Of a DNA stretch of 48,726 nt, positions 37,493-47,084 are shown one piece after another. A model generated the notes under the pieces. That model ran no database searches and was not told where the DNA came from. It worked only from the letters and a program-made list of their open reading frames with translations. Source of the DNA: Guillardia theta CCMP2712 (Eukaryota; Protista; Cryptophyta). Made by a program: the position numbers and the translations under genes. The DNA lies in contig NW_005434599.1 of assembly GCF_000315625.1 (NCBI RefSeq), forward strand, positions 254,424 to 303,149, given 5' to 3'. The stretch's first letter is position 1; each line of letters starts with the position of its first letter.

Positions 37493-39087
37493 TCAACAAA
37501 TCAGTTCTTTAGCGACTAGTCCTCGACCAGCAACTACCATTCTTTTCACTTCTCCTACATCGCCATACTCGGATGCGCTGTCTTCCTCTGAATCAAGCAG
37601 ATCCTGAAGCAGCCGGCTGCTAGAAAGAGCCCCTAAGATATCGGAATCTTGCTGAGCATTCAAGTACTCATCTTGATCTAGCGCGCTGCTGTCATCGATG
37701 AGCATTTCTCGCCGGAAGAGCTCGAACTCGTCTCGCTGAGCTTTTGCACGAACATGATTATTCGACAGCGACTTCTGCTGTACCACTGCATGCAGGCTGG
37801 AGGAGGCACCTTCACCGCCAACGTTCCTCCTTGACAGCGAGCCGGGCAGCCCCCTATGGACCAGAGGCCTCTCCTGCTGCCGTTTGTCAGCCTCCACCTG
37901 AGCAGGGCCGCTCATCCTCGTGCTGCCGTTGAAGGAGATAGCTGGAGGGTTTGGCATCACTCCGCTGCTGAGCCGCTGACCTGGCCATGCTGAAGCACTC
38001 ATTCCCACAGGCACCTGAATGCTTCCTGTGCTAAGAATAGGGTTGGGATTGATCGCTGGGCCCGGAGAAACATTGTAATGGCGAACAGAAGACTGGGTCT
38101 GGGATGCACGGGACCTGAGCACGGACTCGTAGTGCTGAAGTTGAATCATGAAACCTTCATTCGGCTGGACAATGGGCCGTCCACTCTTGACCTGCATGAG
38201 AGCCTCTTGCAGCGTGTAGTTCTCAGTGTCCATCAAGTACGCAATGACACAGGTTGCCGACCTTGACTTACCCTCGATACAATGCACGAAAACAGTGCCA
38301 CCATATCGCTTAGCATCATGAATGAAACTTGACGTCTCCGGGAAGTACTGCATGATGTTCTGGGAAGGAGTGTCGGTTAAGGGAAGAGACTTGTAGTAGA
38401 AGCGCTGCAGAGACGTGAGATGGTGATCTAGCGATGCAGCAGAATTGGAACCTGGGGAAAGAAATTCGGACATTTCGACGAGGCCAGATTCAAGATGTGC
38501 GTCACTCCGTATGATTTCAAGCAATTCAAGTCTTGCGCAGCGTTGACATTTCCAACAAGAACCTGCCACTGCAATCATATTTCAAGCACTTGATGCAAGC
38601 GACAACCTGCTGGGCTACCCAATCGATGCTACTCATAGCCTTCCTTTCAATGCGAGAGAAATTCAAATCCATGTCATCTGCGACAGGTCCGATACCATCA
38701 GAGTCCAGCCGGTCTCCAGCTGTGTTCAGTTTTCTCACGGTAATGGTGCTCAACAGTCAAGGTTCAGAAAGACCATGTGAATACATATTCCGTGAAGCTA
38801 GCATCATTGGTAAAACCTTCCTGCGATCTTCCCTTCCCTTCCCTCTACCTACACCAGCTACTCTCCCAGATTTGGCTTGCCTTGATTAACAACTTTGACT
38901 TGGGCATCCTCCCTATCTCTTCGTATTTGCTTTCTCCCTCCCAATTCCTCCCATTCCCTCTATCTGCTGCTTTCCCACCTTTTGCTTCCCTCTCATCGAA
39001 TGGCATGTATCTCTGATTCTTCACTCCTTCCTTCAGTCCTCTTGCCCTTCCTTCCCAAATCTCCTTGACTTCTTCTGCTTGTTCCAT
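37493..39087 (-). CDS. Dual-specificity protein phosphatase
   Basis: LTDTPSQNI, VFVHCIEGKSRSATCVIAYLM, RPIVQPNEGF. Confidence 0.92.
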
Positions 39088-39952
39088 CCGGCCTCTCTTG
39101 CTGCATCGTCACTTCCTTCGCGCTCTTCTCCCCTCCCTCCACGTCATCCCTCGGCATGCAGCGGAATAGCTGCCGAAGGCGAGCCTATCACCGTTACGAA
39201 GACCGTTGCAGGTAACCGTTGACCGGTGATTGTTTTTACCTTTCAAGTGGTAGGTTTCCGAGTTCTGAGGCAGGCCCATCCTAAGCCAGTTGACCCGGGG
39301 CACGACCGTACCAACTTGCCAACTCCGTTGACCCCTACCCGCCGCTAGAATGCTCAGCGGCTCTTCCCACTGTCCAAAGGCACTTCGAGTCTACAGGCCG
39401 CGTTACTATCCGATGATATGTGGGGCCCCGAGCACCCGGATGATGATCTCCGAGTCTCGAGACTGACTCACGGTCCGATCAGTGGTGCCGTGCGAAACCA
39501 ACGATCCGATCAGATGCCAGGCTTTATTTGAATTAAAGAGGCTCACCCGGTGACTTTTTGCCGAAAAAAAAGTGCCTCAAGCAAAACAAACACACACAAA
39601 AAAACAAGAGCAAAAGTAACCAGAAGCCGCGCAGACCCTCCGTCCGCTGCCCCAGGCGGACCCCCGGGCAGCGCCGGCCGCTCCTTGTCGGCGGCTGCCC
39701 TTTCTCCATCCGCGGCCGCCCGCTTTGTGGCGGCAGCCAGGACGTCTCGACTGACCGTGGCAGTGGTCAGTCGGCTGCCTCCGGGTATCGCGTCTAAGGG
39801 ATGTTATTCCTCCTGCATGCTCCTGCTGCTTGTTGCTTGATTGCCTGACCCTTCGGCTGCTTGTCTGCGCGGCTTCGCGCTTGGGCTGGCGGTGCCGCGT
39901 CTGGATGCCAGCCGCTGAGTGCTGGTTCTTTTCGGGCTTGTGTTTTGTGTGT

Positions 39953-42582
39953 CACGGCCCGCCGCATTCCATGGCATTTTCTAATGCTCGCTTTTGATCA
40001 TTTTCGAGCGGGGTACCTCAGCCCAGGATTTTTGAATGGTCGGCGCACTGAAAATTTGTACCAGAAACTTCGATAATGGTTGAAAGTATGTTTGAATCGG
40101 GGACCGTGTCGAGCAGTTTTAGGTTTACAAGTATTCTTGCTTCCTCCAAACAACAAGGTTTCAAACATTAAAACTATTTTTGACCTTACACGCTTTTACA
40201 CGCCTGGGGGGTGCATATACGACCAAATCGCCTGCCCTACCCTTCCCCCATTGCTGCATCCGCACCCGCCGGCGCAGGCGGCGTTTGTTTGCATCCCAGA
40301 TGGCTCTCAGCCAATGGCTCTTTCATCGTATTCAAGCTCCAGGCCATCCAAGGTTGGATCATGTGTGAATGTTTGTACTTTTTGCGGCATACTGCAAGAC
40401 GACGTTTCAAACAGCTCGAGCTTGTTTTTCAAAGGAAGCTGTAGGAATCAGCATCACCATGGATTCTAGAGCCTAGGGCTGTTTTCGAATCCTTTTGATG
40501 CTCATTGCAAGATGGAGAATTTGCTCGTTTTTGGTGATCAAGCATCCACAACCCTCTTTCGTATGATTGAGCTTCGAGCACATCTCTGACTGTAGAGTTG
40601 TTTGGTGTCAAGATTGTTTCTCGTAAAGGATCTCTCTGATTAGGCAATTGATTGTTGTTTTGGTTGGCATTCTACAAGACCCATACTTCCTCCTCTCTGT
40701 GTCAACCAAGCACATAAGCATAAGGCATGTCAGTCGTGTAGGCAACTTGATTGCAAATAGATCGCAAGTGTAAGATCGATGAACTATTCAACGCCATGAA
40801 TGCCGGATGTGAAAGAACTTCCCTCAGGACTTTTCAGTATCAGAACCAGCGAGCTAAGACATAAGGTAGAGTCTCCATTGAATATCATTCCTGCGAATGT
40901 AATGTTTTTATCAGTTGTAGGGAACAGAAGCATGGAGACAAGCGGGTGCCCAAGCGAATAGGAACATCTTGCGGATGTAGGTTTGGACAAAGGCGGCGAT
41001 GATTCCGAGGTTGTGAAACAGGCAGCGAAAAGATGCTGAGGTTTTCGGAGTTCATAAACATGGCTTGTGACGAGCATGTCACACGCAAAGCGATGGAAAA
41101 CAACAAACAAAAATTGTAAAGCAATCGAAAGCAACGAAAATCAATGGAAAACAACAAACAAAAATTTTTCTCAAAGGTCTCACTCCTTGACTTCAACCAC
41201 TGATTGAACATCTTTTTGACCTCGGTCATATCTCGACAAATCCGATTGTACTCCGCCGCTGAACAGAAAGTTGTTTGCGCCATCTTTTCAACGAGTGGTG
41301 CCGGGTTTGCAATCGAGAAGTGAGAGATTTTACAGTATTTATTATTTTCGATGTCGTCTTCATGAAAAAATATATACCCATGCACTCTGAAATTATCGTG
41401 GAGATCATCGTTGGCATGCTCCAACATGCAAGGAAAGCTGAAGAAACACATTTTTGGTATAGCATTTATTTCATCCGTATCCTTGTAAATTGCTTGATAA
41501 CAATCACGGTTTCCAACTTTGTTCAAAATTCTTTTCAGGGCCACACAGGGCACTCGATTAGTTATAATGGTTTCGTCTACATGTTCCAAGAGGACTCCAT
41601 TGTACATGATGTACACATCGACAACCTGTGCATCTGAGTGCAGCGATTTGATCATGCCCAGTCGATTCACTTCAACGCCCCTGTGATCTTCACACTGATA
41701 TTGAACCCCTGTGCCAGGCTCAAGCATAATATTCAAATTACTGCCTGGCTTTTTCCAGTACATCCTGGGCAAGTCTCGATCATCAACTGACGTATGCAGG
41801 ATCATTCGAAGCTTCAAATCTTCAGGTGTCTTTGACTCATCACAAGTCTCTTCCTGCTCCAAGAATGTATCGAAATCTTCCTGCCTTCGCCTTCTCTGAA
41901 TTCCATTTGTTGCTGATACACGACGGTGAAGATTCATTTGTTTGGTGTCTATAACTGGAGCGCAAGGGAAAGGGAAGCAACGGGGAGGGAGGGGAACAGG
42001 GGGAAGGGAGGGAGCAGGGAGGAAGGGAGGGGAGCAGGGAGGGAGGGAGGGAGGGAGAAGAGCAGGAAGGAGGAGGGGAGGGATACTTGCAATGGGGATC
42101 TCAGGATTTTAATGAAAATTATTTGCTCTTTGATCGGGGGCAAGGGGACCTGTGTTTCGGTGGCACCCTATAGACATGGGGTAGGTATCTATATAAAACA
42201 ACCGGTGTAGAAAAAAAAGATTGCCGTTGCTAGCTGGCATACGACTCCTTAATTTGAAAACAAAAATACTTATTGGCTAGATTTACTACACTCGTCAATG
42301 GCTGACACTAATAAGATTTCATGAGCGTGTATCGAAATATACGAATAACCCTACCCCCTCCATATCAGACAAACATACCGGTACACAGGGAAGAGAGCAG
42401 CCAAGAGGCGTGTAAGCCGGAACTCAAATGCTTAAAACAAATATAAAAGAGTACTGAGTGGTACAAATCATTCTGGTACAAAATTGACTAAAAACTGTAT
42501 GCTTATGATCAAATTAACAGGTACAAGTGTTTGTTAAAAGGATATTAATTTATAATTGGGCATTAGTAAATGCCATGGAATA
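39953..42582. mobile_element. Non-autonomous TIR DNA element of about 2.6 kb, inserted in the retroelement 3' UTR
   Basis: 22-bp inverted repeats ATTCCATGGCATTT[T/A]CTAATGC at 39966-39987 and 42560-42581; inverted subterminal TTTGTACCAGA. The flanks rejoin to the uninterrupted 3' UTR. AT-rich interior. Confidence 0.8.
40885..41937 (-). CDS. Orphan cargo ORF of the TIR element (350 aa; C-terminal part probably frameshifted)
   Basis: Long ORF in AT-rich DNA. An internal duplication (NFCLLFSI x2) lies near 41095-41165. No DDE or RuvC motif recognised. Confidence 0.55.
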   Translation of the reverse strand: MNLHRRVSATNGIQRRRRQEDFDTFLEQEETCDESKTPEDLKLRMILHTSVDDRDLPRMYWKKPGSNLNIMLEPGTGVQYQCEDHRGVEVNRLGMIKSLHSDAQVVDVYIMYNGVLLEHVDETIITNRVPCVALKRILNKVGNRDCYQAIYKDTDEINAIPKMCFFSFPCMLEHANDDLHDNFRVHGYIFFHEDDIENNKYCKISHFSIANPAPLVEKMAQTTFCSAAEYNRICRDMTEVKKMFNQWLKSRSETFEKNFCLLFSIDFRCFRLLYNFCLLFSIALRVTCSSQAMFMNSENLSIFSLPVSQPRNHRRLCPNLHPQDVPIRLGTRLSPCFCSLQLIKTLHSQE

Positions 42583-43539
42583 GTTTGTGCAGCTTCTCGC
42601 TGTGCGCTGTGTGCCTGGAGGTTTAGCTTGTTCCTGCTTTGTTTTGCTTGAGGCACTTTTTACCTTCTGCCAGTAAATCGGACTACTAGTTCTTGCGGCC
42701 ATGAGGATGGGAGGGTACCTGCCGTCGAGAACGAGGATCCCCGACTGTATCGATGACGCTCTGAAGACCAGCTTCGTTCAGCATCGACCGAATCGTACGA
42801 GTAAGGTTGTCATGCGCCGTGGAAGCTTGGAGGATCGACGTTTGCAGGTCTGGAGATGATGTGCAGCAACGGAGGGATCGAGCTCGCGCTGACATCCATC
42901 ACATTCCGTCGTCGGACACTGGCAGATCGGCATGCCATGGAGATCGGATAGCAGTCGAGCATCTGAGCATACGAGACTCGCATCGGAGAGTGGCTGAGGT
43001 CTCGCTCAGGAAAATGAGCCGCAAGATGGTAGACTGCAAGACCCTATCCTGCGGTTGACCTGCCCCTACTTGGTCAGGTCGGCAGAGCTACCAATGTAAG
43101 GGTGGACCAACGTCACGTCACTTTTTACCTTCTGCCAGTAAATCCATTGTCACGTCCGCCATCAAGCCCTCGTACTGCTCGGACCCTCGATCGCGGATTC
43201 CCTGAGGGATGTGGATATCGCCCTTCATCTTGCGGCCATGAGAATGGGAGGGCACCTGCCGTCGAGAACGAGGATCCCCGACTGTATCGATGACGCTCTG
43301 AAGACCAGCTTCGTTCAGCATCGATCGAGCGGTACCGTGTTCGGGTCACGCCGGTCCTTGGGCCTTGCTGCGGCGTCGCCGCCGTCACGGGCGGCTCCCG
43401 CTGACCGTACTCGGCTACCGCTGACTCGGAGGCTAGCGAGGAGGACTACCTCGAGCGGTACCGTGTTCCTGTGTCCAGCCTCCCTCCGTCCGCTGCCCCT
43501 GGCGGACCCGTCCGCGGCCGCCCGCTTTGTGGCTGCAGC

Positions 43540-45560
43540 GGACGTCACAGTGAGGGACGGAGACGCTTGGCCAGCTCCGCGCCGATCGTCGGCGCCACTC
43601 GACGTGTTTCCCCCATCGGAGTCGGAGACCTCCGGCGAAGACTCCCCCTCGGGCGACTCGACAAAGTCCGAGGAGGAGCTGTCCTCTGGCTCGAGAAGTG
43701 CTTGCGCCCGCAAGGGCGTCATGCGCCTCGCACCAGACAAGAGCGCCTCCAGCGTCAGCTGCATAGTGAGGCGCTGATAGGTGGCGGCGCGTTTGCGAGC
43801 CAAGACCTCAGCAGCACTGAGTATAGGATTTACTGGCAGAAGGGAAAAACAGGTCCGTTCTTTGTTTTGCTTGAGGCACTTTTTACCTTCTGCCAGTAAA
43901 TCCAATCACCCGTCATCAGGCACGAAGTGCCGACCAAACGCCGCATCCTCAAGAGGCATCGAGCGCTGAGCAATGATGTCCGCCAAATACCAGATGAAGC
44001 GGAGGGTGTCAGGATGCAGGGTACCGTCCGTCGAGATGGCAAGAGGGATGAACGCTCGAGGAGGAGTAGTGATAGCATATGCAGCGCGATGTTTGCGAAT
44101 CTTCTCAGACGCTGCAACATGGAGGGCGTCCGTCGAGGTTGACCTCCCCCCACTTGGTCAGGTCGGCAGAGCTACCAATGTAAGGGTGGACCAACGTCAC
44201 GTCCGCCATCAAGCCTTCGTACTGCTCGGACCCTCGATCGCGGATTCCAGGGATGTGGATATCGCCCTTCATCTTGCGGCCATGAGGATGGGAGGGTACC
44301 TGCCGTCGAGAACGAGGATCCCCCACTGTATCGATGACGCTCTGAAGACCAGCTTCGTTCAGCATCGACCGAATCGTACGAGTAAGGTTGTCATGCGCCG
44401 TGGGAAGCTTGGAGGATCGGCGTTTGCAGGTCTGGAGATGATGTGCAGCAACGGAGGGATCGAGCTCGCGCTGACATCCATCACATTCCGTCGGACACTG
44501 GCAGATCGGCATGCCATGGAGATAGCAGTCGAGCATCTGAGCATAGCGGTGCGGGAAGGTCTTGAGGGGGTAGTAGCTCGAGACTCGCATCGGAGAGTGG
44601 CTCAGGTCTCGCTCAGGAAAATGAGCGAAGATGGTAGACTGCAAGACCCTATCCTGCCGGTTCAGCTTGTTCCTGCTTTGTTTTGCTTGAGGCACTTTTT
44701 ATCTTCTGCCAGTAAATCCTATATATCTCTCTCTCTCTATCCTGCGACTTGAGCGAGTGTGTCCTGCGGCTGTGCAAGGTGAGGATATCACGCTGCTGAT
44801 CGGTCAGCGCAGCGCGAGCATGCACATGGCGAGGGAAGACGCGCATGACAAGAGGGGTCACATTTCGCTGCGCAGCCTGGGGGAGGAATGAAGTGCTCAT
44901 GTCGACGAGAGCGCGCAAACCAGGGATGTGTACCACAGATGCCGGGGGGCGTCCTGCGTCATCAGGCACAGCAGCCGGGGCAGGTGGGATCGCCGCGCCA
45001 TCTGCAGCCGGTGCAGGAGCCTTGACACGACGGTAGAGGATCGCTCCAGCATTATGAACGAAGTCGTGCGCCTCAACGAAGAAGGTCGCCAGAGGATGCT
45101 TCTGGGCACGGAGAGATCTCGAGCAGTGAACGTCCAGGCTATGAGGAGAGGGCAAGGTCCGGGACATGGGCTGGTCAGAGTACCAAGCGAGGAAGCGAGC
45201 GATAGCCGTATAGTAAACAGCGGGGTGTAGACCCTCAGAGGGCGTGAACTCGTCCCCTCCCCGACTATGCGGAAGCTCCCGCTTGAACCTCGCAAACTCT
45301 AGCAGGTCGGGATGCGCGGCGAGGTACTGCGAGGAAGGCCAGCGGTGGTATTTCTCAAACGCCAGGTGGACAGAGAGGTCAAAGCGACGAATCTTTGATT
45401 GGACCCGCGGGAGAAACGGAGATGACCCCTGGAGGAAGAAGCGCAGCTTCTGGAGATGGCTCGCCCTCACCAGCGTCTTGAACATGAAGCCATGCTGGAC
45501 GAGCCCGAGCTTCGAGAGCTCTTCGTTGAGGGTAGAAACCTTCGCTCGGAGCTGACTGAC
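43540..45560 (-). pseudogene. CRE-like ORF copy: RT C-terminus/thumb, linker, CCHC and RLE; interrupted by self-insertions and a 4-bp duplication
   Basis: ELPHSRGGDEF...PAVYYTAI is the LP-x-x-x-GG thumb motif, followed by CDGC...HHLQTC, AHDNL, KGDI and ADVT. Confidence 0.8.
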
Positions 45561-45696
45561 ATAGGATTTACTGGCAGAAGGTAAAAAGTGCCTCAAGCAA
45601 AACAAAGCAGGAACAAGCTGAACCGGCAGGCACACAGGCCACAGCGAGAAGCTGCACAAACACACACAAAACACAAGCCCGAAAACAACCAGCACT

Positions 45697-45967
45697 NNNN
45701 NNNNNNNNNNNNNNNNNNNNNNNNNNNNNNNNNNNNNNNNNNNNNNNNNNNNNNNNNNNNNNNNNNNNNNNNNNNNNNNNNNNNNNNNNNNNNNNNNNNN
45801 NNNNNNNNNNNNNNNNNNNNNNNNNNNNNNNNNNNNNNNNNNNNNNNNNNNNNNNNNNNNNNNNNNNNNNNNNNNNNNNNNNNNNNNNNNNNNNNNNNNN
45901 NNNNNNNNNNNNNNNNNNNNNNNNNNNNNNNNNNNNNNNNNNNNNNNNNNNNNNNNNNNNNNNNNNN
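45697..45967. other. Assembly gap (N run)
   Basis: Run of N. Confidence 1.
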
Positions 45968-47084
45968 GGACACATGAACTAGCACTGAGCAGGGGACGAG
46001 TTCAGGTCCTTGGAGGGTCTACACCCCGCTGTTTACTATACGGCTATCGCTCGCTTCCTCGCTTGGTACTCTGACCAGCCCATGTCCCGAACGCTGACCT
46101 CTCCTCATAGCCTGGACGTTCACTGCTCGAGATCTCTCCGTGCCCAGAAGCATCCTCTGGCGACCTTCTTCGTTGAGGCGCACGACTTCGTTCATAATGC
46201 TGGAGCGATCGCAGATGGCGCGGCGATCCCACCTGCCCCGGCTGCTGTGCCTGATGACGCGAGGACGCCCCCCGGCATCTGTGGTACACATCCCTGGTTT
46301 GCGCGCTCTCGTCGACTCGTCTCATGAGCACTTCATTCCTCCCCCTGCGCAGCAGTGCTGGTTCTTTTCGGGCTTGTGTTTTGTGTGTGATTGTGCAGCT
46401 TCTCGCTGTGCGCTGTGTGCCTGGAGGTTTAGCTTGTTCCTGCTTTGTTCTGCTTGAGGCACTTTTTACCTTCTGCCAGTAAATCCACTATTCGCCTCCA
46501 GCGTCAGCTGCATAGTGAGGCGCTGATAGGTGGCGGCGCGTTTGCGAGCCAAGACCTCAGCAGCAGGGCCGTCATCAGGCACGAAGTGCCGACCAAACGC
46601 CGCATCCTCAAGAGGCATCGAGCGCTGAGCAATGATGTCCGCCAAATACCAGATGAAGCGGAGGGTGTCAGGATGCAGGGTACCGTCCGTCGAGATGGCA
46701 AGAGGGATGAACGCTCGAGGAGGAGTAGTCATAGCATATGCAGCGCGGGCGGCCGCGGACGGAGAAAGGGCAGCCGCCGACAAGGAGCCGGCGTTGCCCG
46801 GGGGTCCGCCTGGGGCAGCGGAACACGGTACCGCTCGAGGTAGTCCTCCTCGCTAGCCTCCGAGTCATCGGTAGCCAGAGGGTAAAAAGTGCCTCAAGCA
46901 AAACAAAGCAGGAACAGCTGCATATGCCATGACTCCTCCTCCTCGAGTGTTCATCCCTCTTGCGTGACATTCTTACCGTGCCCGAGTAAAACTCAGTTGC
47001 ACAGCCGAAGGACGTACTCGCTCAAGTCGCAGGATAGGGTCTTGCAGTCTACCATCTTCGCTCATTTTTCTGAGCGAGGCTATA

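Noticed and set aside
39340-39400. tRNA-like T-loop (CTTCGAGTC)
   Set aside because: No cloverleaf or acceptor stem could be formed.
40885-41937. Fanzor/TnpB or transposase in the TIR element
   Set aside because: No RuvC (D...E...D), zinc-ribbon or DDE pattern visible.
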